64,000 bases of DNA from Alphaproteobacteria bacterium (GTDB lineage: Bacteria > Pseudomonadota > Alphaproteobacteria > RF32 > CAG-239). The DNA lies in contig JAZRAL010000052.1 in NCBI GenBank assembly GCA_045634545.1, positions 16,580-80,579 on the forward strand, written 5' to 3'. Both the position numbers and the translations under genes were made by a program. A model generated the notes under the pieces. The model made no database searches. It worked only from the letters and a program-made list of their open reading frames with translations, and had not been told where the DNA came from. Of this stretch, positions 1-8,638 are shown one piece after another (the stretch's first letter is position 1; each line of letters begins with the position of its first letter).

Positions 1-542
1 CAATATTAATAAATGGAGAAGCTATTGACTTAGCCCATATTTATTACAAAAAAGATAATCAATTTATAAATTTAGCAATAGCCTCTAAATGTATATCTGA
101 TGGACAATATAACATAACCGCTACACTTAAAGACCTTCAACTCATCAATAGAAATTCAGAAAAAGACAGAATTGAAGCCCAAAAACAAGCTAAAGAATAT
201 TTTCAAACTTGTTTTAAGGAAAACGCCCCTAATAAAAAACATCTAGCAACAGTAGATATTATAGAAAGAAATTCCTTATACAGAGAATGTATTGTAAGCA
301 AAATAAAAGAAGAAATAAGAAAGAGTTTCACTCTAAAAGAGCAAGAAAGTATAATAAATTCACTAGAAGGAATACAAAAAAACGCGTTTAGTTTTTATTC
401 CAAATTTCATCAAACCAATAAATATTGCACTCCCTCATGTGGTTCTATCTCTCTTATTATGCCATACATTGATGAAGGAAAAGTTTTAGAGAAAATCTTG
501 GAAGATACTATATATTTGAATATATCCAAAGGAGAGTACTAA
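1..542 (+). CDS. C-terminal part of a Cys-containing secreted/periplasmic protein, DUF1311/LprI-like (5' end outside window)
   Basis: Frame 3 is open from the window edge to TAA at 540-542. It is absent from the ORF track because it has no start in the window. The tail NKYCTPSCGSISLIMPY resembles the C-termini of 6409..6906 and 8180..8638. The stop lies 1 nt before the ATG of 544..954. Confidence 0.45.
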   Translation, partial: ILINGEAIDLAHIYYKKDNQFINLAIASKCISDGQYNITATLKDLQLINRNSEKDRIEAQKQAKEYFQTCFKENAPNKKHLATVDIIERNSLYRECIVSKIKEEIRKSFTLKEQESIINSLEGIQKNAFSFYSKFHQTNKYCTPSCGSISLIMPYIDEGKVLEKILEDTIYLNISKGEY

Positions 543-543
543 A

Positions 544-954
544 ATGAAAAAACTAATCACAATTTTCACCATACTTTTAGCCTCTTGCACAACCTTAAAA
601 AAAGACAAATTTGTAAACCCCATTTTTTATAAAACAATGCACCCAATATCAAAAATGGTAGGAGAAACACAAATCACCCCTACATCTTATAGAAGCGATT
701 ATAACGGATATATAACAACAGGAAACTGTATTTTATTAGAAAATGAACAAAACTACATCAAACTAAAATGTGAAATATTATATCCTGGAGAAACCGAACT
801 TCAAACAGAAATTATAAAATATGAACTTTCAACAGATGTGAATCCCTATCTTTATAATGAAAACGAACAAGAAATCGTAGAAACCACACTTAAAAATGAA
901 ACAAATGAAGATTTTTCTTCTAAAGTATGGCTTTATATAAATCTTTTAGAATAA
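544..954 (+). CDS. small lipoprotein of unknown function, convergent with the GH24-type modular muramidase
   Basis: Signal peptide with lipobox LLASC (Cys15). A palindromic hairpin lies at 953-976 after the stop. Confidence 0.6.
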   Translation: MKKLITIFTILLASCTTLKKDKFVNPIFYKTMHPISKMVGETQITPTSYRSDYNGYITTGNCILLENEQNYIKLKCEILYPGETELQTEIIKYELSTDVNPYLYNENEQEIVETTLKNETNEDFSSKVWLYINLLE

Positions 955-1019
955 GGATGATTATATAATCATCCTTATCCTTTCCTATATATTACTTTGT
1001 AAAATATAATATATATTTT

Positions 1020-2306
1020 TTAATATCTTACATTTTTAAGTTTTCTTAACATATCTTGAATTGCTTTATTACGTTCAGGTAATCCATTTCTTTTACTTTC
1101 TTTAATCATTTTACCTACATCTCTATTAGCAACCGCATCCCAAAAACTTGGATATCCTCTAGATTCTCCATCTTTTCCATAAGTTATGATATAGTCAAAT
1201 CTGGTTTGCCCCATATTATACATCATATCCATTAAAACAATTTGCAAAGGTTGAGGTAATTTATGAAAATCAGGAATATTATTTTCCTTTTTAGGGTCTT
1301 TGTTATAACGTTTTATTGTGCTTTGAATATTATTAAAAGCTTCTTTTGCTCTTTTATCATATTCTCTATTTACATACTCACTTGATACACGAAGATTAGT
1401 TTTTTTCTCATAATATTTTGCTACATAATTATTTTTTCTAGTTTTTTTCTCTTTATCATAAGGGAGTTTTTCCTTTTCTTTTTCTAGTTTTAATAATTCC
1501 TCTTTAATTAACCTCAAATCAGCAGGATTATTCTTATCTAAATGACGCAATTCTCCAGTGTCTTGATTTTTATAATACCAATCCATGCTCAATGGATTTT
1601 CATCAATATTTGCCCCAACTCCAATAGTTATAAGACCATTTGTATCAAGATATGGATAATCATATAAACCTTCTTCTTTTTGAATAATAGGTCGCATTGT
1701 TTTATGAATAAAGTTATTTTGATTAAATTTATTATTATCAATTTTTAACTCTTTTTCCTCCTCATCCCTTTCCACATTCGCATCACTTTCCATCCCCCCA
1801 TGTTCATTCTCTGCAATTTTTATCTCCCGATTTGCCTTATCAACCTTTTCTCTTAAAACATCAAGCTCACTTTTCTCTGAATTTTCCCTCTTAGGCTTTG
1901 GTTTCTTAACTCCTTGTTGTTCTCGAAGCGCCCTAATTACTGCTAACTGATTTGTCATATCAAGTCTATCAATTGCCCTCCTTTGCTCATCAGAAAGCTT
2001 TAATCCCTCCAAAGAAAAATCCTCATCATCCGGAAGCAATGAATTAGACTTCTTCACATTTGTTTTTATTTCATCATCACTAGAAGATTGTGGCGCTCTA
2101 TACCCCATACGCCTTTCTTCCAAAACTTCTTCTAATGCACCATCAATTCTTGCAAAATCAAGCTCAAAATTATCTCGCAAATCTCCACTTTGCTCAATTT
2201 CTTCAACACTTCCATACTTATCTAAAAGTTTATGAAGTTTTTTCTTGTTTTCTCTTTTAGTTACCATTTTGCTATCGCCTACTAAGTCCATTAAATTATA
2301 TGTCAT
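1020..2306 (-). CDS. modular muramidase: conserved ~188-aa N-terminal module plus GH24 (T4-lysozyme-like) C-terminal domain
   Basis: QKEEGLYDYPYLDTNGLITIGVG reproduces the T4L E-x8-D-x5-T catalytic spacing, and a later LMDMMYNMG helix fits GH24. The N-terminal 188 aa are near-identical to 8626..9726. No signal peptide. Confidence 0.8.
   Translation of the reverse strand: MTYNLMDLVGDSKMVTKRENKKKLHKLLDKYGSVEEIEQSGDLRDNFELDFARIDGALEEVLEERRMGYRAPQSSSDDEIKTNVKKSNSLLPDDEDFSLEGLKLSDEQRRAIDRLDMTNQLAVIRALREQQGVKKPKPKRENSEKSELDVLREKVDKANREIKIAENEHGGMESDANVERDEEEKELKIDNNKFNQNNFIHKTMRPIIQKEEGLYDYPYLDTNGLITIGVGANIDENPLSMDWYYKNQDTGELRHLDKNNPADLRLIKEELLKLEKEKEKLPYDKEKKTRKNNYVAKYYEKKTNLRVSSEYVNREYDKRAKEAFNNIQSTIKRYNKDPKKENNIPDFHKLPQPLQIVLMDMMYNMGQTRFDYIITYGKDGESRGYPSFWDAVANRDVGKMIKESKRNGLPERNKAIQDMLRKLKNVRY
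1741..2306. repeat. 566-bp dispersed direct repeat, copy 1 (encodes the shared N-terminal module)
   Basis: Aligns without indels to 9161-9726 at a constant offset of 7420 bp. Mismatches are scattered, roughly 90% identity by eye. Similarity stops at the start codon and at the domain junction. Confidence 0.9.
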
Positions 2307-2426
2307 AATTTTATCCTTTCATATAAAAAAGAGCTACAACCTTTCGGTCATAACTCTTTGGTTATTAAAAAGAGCTCCATCAAGGAGCTCTACAAAGTTT
2401 TATATTAAATAACAATATAAAAGCAT

Positions 2427-4565
2427 CTATTTTTTACGATACATTTTTATATCATTCATAACATTTTCAAAGTTTTCACTTTCTTTAATCATCTTAATAT
2501 CATGACTAAGTTTAACTCTCCAGTTAGTATATTCATCAATAGTCCCCGGAGCATTATCCAAAACTCTTTGAGAAAAAATATCACATAATCTTACTAAATA
2601 AAGAGCACTATTTGTCTTTGCACCAAATAAATTAACAGCTCTTTCAATTCCTTGAGGAACAATACATCCATTCTGTGCAGTCTGCTCCATAGAAATTTTT
2701 AGTACTTCATTTAATATACCTTCTTTAGCAAATGCCTTAATCATATTCAATCTATCATTTTTACGTCCTTCAAGATTAGACATATATTGTTCATGATTTA
2801 CATACAATCCACATTGCTTAAATACTTCAATATCTTCATTTCCCCAAAAACCAACAGATGTTGCTTGGTCATGTGTAGAAGATTGAGCCAAAGACATATA
2901 GTCATATTTATTAGGCTCAATAAAACTACCATCTTTTTCCTTTTGCCTAAAGAAAACTTTATATGATAAAAGCCCATGCTCTGCCATATATTCTCTAAAT
3001 CCTTCAGGAACAGTACCTAAGTCTTCACCAATGATTAAACACTTAGCTCTATTACTTTCTATTGCTAAAATTGCCGTCAAAGCTTTCATATCATAATAAA
3101 CATAAGCACCTTGAACAACAGGATTTCCCTCTTCAAAAAATCCCCAAAACAGCCTTAAAAGTCCCATAGCGTGGTCAATTCTAAGAGCCCCAGAATTAAT
3201 CATATTTTCACGAGCAAGCTTAATAAATGGAGCATATCTCTGCTTTCTTAAAACTTGAGGATGATAAGGAGTAAATCCCCAACTTTGTCCCCTTGGTCTC
3301 ATCGGATCGGCTGGAGCACCAATTCCTGCATCCAAAACATAAGCTTTAGTATTTTCCCAAACCTCAGCACCATTAGATGCAGCGCCAATTGGCATATCAG
3401 TATAAAGCCCAACTTTCATCCCTAACTCAACACAAAGATTTTGCAGTTTTCTTAATTGCCTATCAGCAATCCAATGACAATATGCAAACATTTCAATACG
3501 CTTATCATTTTTGTTTGCAAAATCTCTTACTTTTTCAGAATTTATGTCATCTGTTCCATCAATCCAAAAACGCCAAAAAGGAACAACCTTATTTTTTTCA
3601 AGCAATGCCTCAAACAAGCAAAGATTATAAAGCTCACGTCCCTTCTTACTCTTATAGTCATTAAAGTCTTCTTTTCTATCAACACTACCAGACTTTAAGA
3701 ACTCATCAAACATCATAGATAAAAGTCTAAGCTTCAAATGTAAAACTGGAGTATATAAAACTTTATCACTATCATTTAAGCGTTTTATTTCATTAACAAC
3801 AACGCTATCGTTCATAAAGTTCTTAACTTCTTCAGAAGTATTAAAGTCTTCAACAGCCCTCAAATTAATATATGCATAATTCAAAAACAATCTGCTTAAA
3901 GTTCTATAAGGTGAAACATCTCCCTTAAACAAATTTAGCATAGATTGAGGCAAAGTAAACGGACTCATTGCTCCCAATGGACTAAGTCCAACAACATCAC
4001 CGCCATTTTTAGCTGTAAGCTTAATAATTTCCTCTAAATCACCAAAGTCGCCAATACCAATGCTATTTTCAGATCTTAAAGCATACATCATCAAAGAAAC
4101 ACCATATATGTGCTCTTTATTTTTAAGAAATTCCGGCATATAGCAGTACTTAGGCGCATATATTAGAAAACTATTGGCTTTTTCTTCACCTTTTCCATTC
4201 TTTATAATAAGATTATAATACCCAAGTTCTAATCCTGTAATCTCAAAAGCTTCTTTTCCCTTAGCTTTAAGATTTTTAACAACCTTATTTGCCTCATCAA
4301 TTACATCAACATCAAAACTTCCATCACTATCAATAGTAATCTCAATCTTTTCATCATCATAAAAAGCAACTACATCGTCAATAATCCCTTTTTTAGACAC
4401 ATTTTCTAAAGATTCCTCAATCTCTGCACTAGTATACGTATTATACCCCATAGATTTTAAGAAAAATTTACGAACATCGTCAGTTGTTTCATGTTTATTT
4501 CCCACCTTATCAATATAAGACGAAGAAATACCAGCCTTTTCAGCCAAATTAGTCAAAATATCCAT
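2427..4565 (-). CDS. malQ: 4-alpha-glucanotransferase (amylomaltase, GH77)
   Basis: 712 aa. GH77-type motifs LRIDHAMGLLRLFW and GEDLGTVP; length similar to E. coli MalQ. Confidence 0.88.
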   Translation of the reverse strand: MDILTNLAEKAGISSSYIDKVGNKHETTDDVRKFFLKSMGYNTYTSAEIEESLENVSKKGIIDDVVAFYDDEKIEITIDSDGSFDVDVIDEANKVVKNLKAKGKEAFEITGLELGYYNLIIKNGKGEEKANSFLIYAPKYCYMPEFLKNKEHIYGVSLMMYALRSENSIGIGDFGDLEEIIKLTAKNGGDVVGLSPLGAMSPFTLPQSMLNLFKGDVSPYRTLSRLFLNYAYINLRAVEDFNTSEEVKNFMNDSVVVNEIKRLNDSDKVLYTPVLHLKLRLLSMMFDEFLKSGSVDRKEDFNDYKSKKGRELYNLCLFEALLEKNKVVPFWRFWIDGTDDINSEKVRDFANKNDKRIEMFAYCHWIADRQLRKLQNLCVELGMKVGLYTDMPIGAASNGAEVWENTKAYVLDAGIGAPADPMRPRGQSWGFTPYHPQVLRKQRYAPFIKLARENMINSGALRIDHAMGLLRLFWGFFEEGNPVVQGAYVYYDMKALTAILAIESNRAKCLIIGEDLGTVPEGFREYMAEHGLLSYKVFFRQKEKDGSFIEPNKYDYMSLAQSSTHDQATSVGFWGNEDIEVFKQCGLYVNHEQYMSNLEGRKNDRLNMIKAFAKEGILNEVLKISMEQTAQNGCIVPQGIERAVNLFGAKTNSALYLVRLCDIFSQRVLDNAPGTIDEYTNWRVKLSHDIKMIKESENFENVMNDIKMYRKK

Positions 4566-4677
4566 TTTTTCTATCTCCTATTTTTTTCTGAGGATAAAGC
4601 AAAAAGAATCTTTAACAAGTATTTTTTAGTATTATATACACCAATTATAATAAAAAACAAAAATCTAGGAAAAAACA

Positions 4678-6216
4678 ATGAATACTAAAAAAATCATTCA
4701 ATACATTCACCAATGTCGTTGGTGTGATTTCAAAGAAGAAATCGAAAAAAGTCAAGTATCCCGTTTAGAATTAACAGCCCTACCCTTTGATGACAATAAA
4801 AAAGCATTTGTTGTTGGCACTGTTAAGTTTCATGACGATAGAGCAAATAAATTTTTCTCAATGCCTCTTGCTATTAAAGAAACAGCCCCAACTGAAAATA
4901 TCTCTTACATTGAAGATAATGGCAAATTCTATACTGACGCTCTCATTGAGCCAGACTTTTGGCAATCATTTAGCAAATTCTTAAACCAAAACAATGGTCA
5001 AATTGTATTTCCAAACGGTTTAATTTTAGAAAATACAACATTTGGCACTACCAATATGTTTGAAGAGTTGGCTACCGAAGAATCCAAAGCTCTCGGAGTA
5101 GAACAAAGCAATACCACCCTAAAAATTGGTAATGGCAAACTAGCATTCAAGCTTGAGCGTATGTTAGACTTTATTCCTGAAATAAATTCAGAATTAGAAG
5201 TAAACGAAAAGCTTATGAGAGAAAATGCAACATTTATGCCTAAATCATTTGGAGGCCTTGTATGGCGCACACCAGATGGTAGACAATCAGCCGGAGGTAT
5301 TGTTCAAGAATTTGTAACCAACAAAGGCGATATGTGGAATTACCTTCAATCGCTCATCCAAAACAAATTAGAACAAAACTATTTATCTCAAACAGATTTA
5401 ACTCCACAAAACAATCAAGAAATAATGTCTTTGATATCAACTCTTCATAAACGCACACAAGAAATGGGAGAGGTTTTATCAAGACCCGATGAAAATAAAA
5501 GCTTTTCACCTGAACCTGTTGATATGACATTTATTCGCAATTATGAACACAATTTATCTGTACTCTTATATCAAACTAAAAATACAATTGAAGAAAATAT
5601 AAATAAACTTCCTTTAGATATAAGAAGAACTACTGAAAATATGTTAAATAATTGGGATGAATTAACATCTAATTTTGTAACTCCTAAATTAGAAAAGATA
5701 AAATCTTTAGAAGATAAAGGCTCAATCAATCGTGTTCACGGAGATTATCACTTAGGACAAGTTATGGTAACACCAGAAAACGATATAAAAATTATCGATT
5801 TTGGTGGCGAACCAGGGCTTCCAATTAAAGAACGTAAACAAAAATATATCTCTATCAGAGATATCGCTGGCATGTATCGTTCAATAAAAGGATACCTTGG
5901 AGCAGTTGCTGTAGAAGACTTTGCTAAAAAAGCAACAACTCCAGAAGCCGTAAGCGCTCGTAAATCTTGGGGACAAAAGGCTATAAAACCATTAATCAAA
6001 GAAGCAACATCAACTTTCCTTGGAGAGCATAAAGTTTCAGATCCTTGGTTAAGTCTAGAAATTTTACGTAAAAATCTTTATGAAGTAAAATATGAAGTTG
6101 CAGAACGTCCAGAAATGGCTTATGTTCCAATTCAAGGTTTAACAGAATTGTTTGCACAAACTCAATCACAGCATGCAAACGAAAATATCAAATCATCATT
6201 TGATAAAGCTGAATAA
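4678..6216 (+). CDS. maltokinase (Mak/Pep2)-like kinase of the aminoglycoside-phosphotransferase fold
   Basis: RVHGDYHLGQVM catalytic-loop motif followed by IIDFGGEP. Divergent from malQ. Confidence 0.6.
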   Translation: MNTKKIIQYIHQCRWCDFKEEIEKSQVSRLELTALPFDDNKKAFVVGTVKFHDDRANKFFSMPLAIKETAPTENISYIEDNGKFYTDALIEPDFWQSFSKFLNQNNGQIVFPNGLILENTTFGTTNMFEELATEESKALGVEQSNTTLKIGNGKLAFKLERMLDFIPEINSELEVNEKLMRENATFMPKSFGGLVWRTPDGRQSAGGIVQEFVTNKGDMWNYLQSLIQNKLEQNYLSQTDLTPQNNQEIMSLISTLHKRTQEMGEVLSRPDENKSFSPEPVDMTFIRNYEHNLSVLLYQTKNTIEENINKLPLDIRRTTENMLNNWDELTSNFVTPKLEKIKSLEDKGSINRVHGDYHLGQVMVTPENDIKIIDFGGEPGLPIKERKQKYISIRDIAGMYRSIKGYLGAVAVEDFAKKATTPEAVSARKSWGQKAIKPLIKEATSTFLGEHKVSDPWLSLEILRKNLYEVKYEVAERPEMAYVPIQGLTELFAQTQSQHANENIKSSFDKAE

Positions 6217-6223
6217 AAAAACA

Positions 6224-6252
6224 AAGTGCTAGCCTAAAAACTAGCACTTTTT
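6224..6252 (+). terminator. rho-independent terminator after the maltokinase-like gene
   Basis: Stem AAGTGCTAG/CTAGCACTT with an 8-nt loop, followed by a T-run. Confidence 0.6.
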
Positions 6253-6408
6253 ACTTTCAAATATTTCTCTAAAACTATTCTCTCCCCTTCCCAAAAATCT
6301 CTCTATTCTTTTATTGACTTTTCTCTTAAAACATCAAACTCACTTTTTTCTTGCATAATATAATTAAAAGCATAAATTAAGCGTATAATTAAAAAACGGA
6401 GCCACAAA

Positions 6409-6906
6409 ATGAAAAAGTTTTTAATATTTTTCAGTTTTTTTATTTTTATAAAAACATCATCTGTATGTGCAAACAACACATATCATGGTATTGATATTGA
6501 TGAAATATACAACACTAGTGACTGGAATAGTAAAAATGAAATTAAAAATTTAATAGATAATTATATATTATTAACAAAATTAAAAAACAAGTTTTCCAAT
6601 TGTCCAATTAATACACCAGATAGTATAGCTTGCTATGATGAAATAAATCAAAAATTATTACAACATTTTTACATGGATTTTGATGAAAATTTGACAGATT
6701 ATAATAATTATAGAATAACTTTGACGAAAGCATATTTAATTCCTTGTCAACGTATTAAAATGATAGGTATAAGTGGTAAAATGTGTCATATTGATGCCCA
6801 AAATCTTGTTGCAAAAAAACTGAAAGAATATACAAAAACACATATTTATCATATTGATAATATTCTAAGTCAGTATTTTTCTTTTTTGCATAGTATAAAA
6901 CTATAA
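6409..6906 (+). CDS. secreted Cys-containing protein, DUF1311/LprI-like (candidate lysozyme inhibitor/immunity)
   Basis: Signal peptide MKKFLIFFSFFIFIKTSSVCA, paralogous to that of 8180..8638. Cys spacing and a helix pattern like LprI. Convergent with the GH108-type fragment at 6957..7085. Hairpin at 6911-6946. Confidence 0.6.
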   Translation: MKKFLIFFSFFIFIKTSSVCANNTYHGIDIDEIYNTSDWNSKNEIKNLIDNYILLTKLKNKFSNCPINTPDSIACYDEINQKLLQHFYMDFDENLTDYNNYRITLTKAYLIPCQRIKMIGISGKMCHIDAQNLVAKKLKEYTKTHIYHIDNILSQYFSFLHSIKL

Positions 6907-6956
6907 AAAAATATAAGGAGGAAGTCTTATTTAATTTCCTCCTTATTTATAATAAA

Positions 6957-7085
6957 TTATTTTGCTAAATGAGCTCTTTTAGCTCGATCAATCCACCCTG
7001 TTAAAAACTTTTTCTTAGTTGGATCATTTTTTTGATACTCATCTTCAACTGCATTTGCTTTATCAGAAAATATTTTTTTATCTAT
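6957..7085 (-). pseudogene. orphan 3' fragment of a GH108/PG_binding_3-type muramidase gene
   Basis: Translates to IDKKIFSDKANAVEDEYQKNDPTKKKFLTGWIDRAKRAHLAK*. DNA at 7026-7080 is nearly identical to 8686-8740 in the 3' end of 8626..9726. It has no N-terminal part or start codon. Confidence 0.6.
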
Positions 7086-7861
7086 TCAACTTGCTCAATA
7101 AAATCTCCAGCTTCCCCTGTTTCTTTAATATAACTATTAACAGTATCTCTTACCATAGAATAAACACTTGCTGAAACATAATCAGCAATAATCGTTCCTG
7201 TAACATGTCCTTCCATTCCAGAATAAATATCTCTTTGAACATTTGCATAATACTGTATAAAATTTTGCAAATTATCTTTATATTTTTGAGAATTACTAGG
7301 ATGAAATGTATCAAATAACTCAAAAGCAACCTTTACATAACAATCACTAACATCACTCAATCTTTGCCTAACATCTGCATTTTTTATATATTCTTCATCA
7401 TAAATTTCATCATCTTTAACATTTTCACAACTCTCATACCTTTCTTTAATTTTAAAATACTTATCTTTCAAAGTAATAAAACTTAAATCCGGATTTATTT
7501 CTTTAACAAAATCTATTAAAGGAGCTTCACATTCAATAATTATTCCAAGATTTTGATATTTTTCCTTATCATTAAAACGCACAAATAAATCATTTGCTCC
7601 ATAAACACCAAAATTATGAATTTTAAACATTTTAACAAATCCATCATTACCTGCATCATAAAGTGTTTCCTTTATATCATCATATTTAATTATATTAGGT
7701 ATATAAGGATAAGAAAGAAGCACAATTTCTTGCGCTTCTTTCAGTACAGACTTTGCTTTTTCTACCTCTTCTTTTGTAAGATTATTACATCCCCAATACA
7801 TTGCATACGAAGATGTTGCCATAACACAAAAAACAAACAATAGAAAAAACTTTTTCATCAT
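7082..7861 (-). CDS. secreted protein with a DUF1311/LprI-like C-terminal half
   Basis: ATG at 7861 follows a GGAG RBS; the track start at 7873 is TTG. Signal peptide MMKKFFLLFVFCVMATSSYA. The C-terminal segment QNFIQYYANVQRDIYSGMEGHVTG fits the family pattern. Confidence 0.55.
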   Translation of the reverse strand: MMKKFFLLFVFCVMATSSYAMYWGCNNLTKEEVEKAKSVLKEAQEIVLLSYPYIPNIIKYDDIKETLYDAGNDGFVKMFKIHNFGVYGANDLFVRFNDKEKYQNLGIIIECEAPLIDFVKEINPDLSFITLKDKYFKIKERYESCENVKDDEIYDEEYIKNADVRQRLSDVSDCYVKVAFELFDTFHPSNSQKYKDNLQNFIQYYANVQRDIYSGMEGHVTGTIIADYVSASVYSMVRDTVNSYIKETGEAGDFIEQVE

Positions 7862-7936
7862 AAAAAACTCCAATTCAAAATCATACCTTGCAGTATATAT
7901 TTTAGTTTAATAAATTCAAGTACTTTATACTCAAAT

Positions 7937-8149
7937 TTATTTTCTGTTATATCCATATTCGTAAAGGAGTTCTAAAGTTTCACGAGTTTTTTTATTTCTA
8001 CTAGCCAATTCTTTCCCTTCTGAATATCTTTTGCTTTCTTTAATCATATTAGATAAATCACGATTTTCTAGAGCCTTCCAAAAACGTGGATAACCTCTTT
8101 TCTTTCCATCCCTCATCTCTTTCCTATTGACTTTTCCCCTAAAACTCAT
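7937..8149 (-). pseudogene. orphan 3' fragment of a GH24-type modular muramidase gene
   Basis: KKRGYPRFWKALENRDLSNMIKESKR parallels ESRGYPSFWDAVANRDVGKMIKESKR at the C-terminus of 1020..2306. The catalytic and N-terminal parts are missing. Confidence 0.55.
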
Positions 8150-8179
8150 ATCATAACTTAATCACCAAAGGAGCCTTAA

Positions 8180-8638
8180 ATGAAAAAGTTTTTAATTTTT
8201 TTTAGTTTTTTATTTGTTTTTAATGTAGAAAAAGTTAAAGCCAACAATATAGCTAAGCTCGATGAATTAAATAAGAAATTTATTACATGTACAAAAAAAT
8301 TAGAAACATACGAACAAAAATGCCCTGAAAAATGGAAATACAAATGCTATAATATTCTAATGAATGCTAATAATGAAACACAAGAATGTTATATTGATAT
8401 AGCAAAAGAATTATATTTAATTTACTATAAACAAGACTATATATCAACACAAAAAATGTTTAAAGAAATAGCTGATTTTACGTATAAAAAACACTTATTT
8501 ATATATCAAGAAAATAATTACTGTAAAAATTATAACTGTGGCACATCAACATATTTACGCAGTCAACATGCCACAACTCAAACAATTAAAGATTATCTAG
8601 ATAAAACATTTATCACCATAAAAAATTATTTAGAATAG
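8180..8638 (+). CDS. secreted Cys-containing protein, DUF1311/LprI-like (candidate lysozyme inhibitor/immunity)
   Basis: Signal peptide MKKFLIFFSFLFVFNVEKVKA. The C-terminal NYCKNYNCGTSTYLRSQHATTQTIKDYL fits the LprI-like pattern. It overlaps the 3' end of 8626..9726 convergently by 13 nt. Confidence 0.65.
   Translation: MKKFLIFFSFLFVFNVEKVKANNIAKLDELNKKFITCTKKLETYEQKCPEKWKYKCYNILMNANNETQECYIDIAKELYLIYYKQDYISTQKMFKEIADFTYKKHLFIYQENNYCKNYNCGTSTYLRSQHATTQTIKDYLDKTFITIKNYLE

Noticed and set aside
3377-3698. ORFs 3377..3664 and 3456..3698 on the plus strand inside malQ
   Set aside because: They are antisense to a well-supported GH77 gene. The translations are low-complexity, rich in Phe, Ile, Asn and Lys, as expected for shadow frames in AT-rich DNA. 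The same reasoning applies to the other short ORFs nested in or antisense to confident genes (for example 4787..4984, 4998..5270, 10780..11100, 11584..12185, 13233..14460, 24298..25026, 26313..26630, 36392..36718, 44433..44741, 55183..55898).
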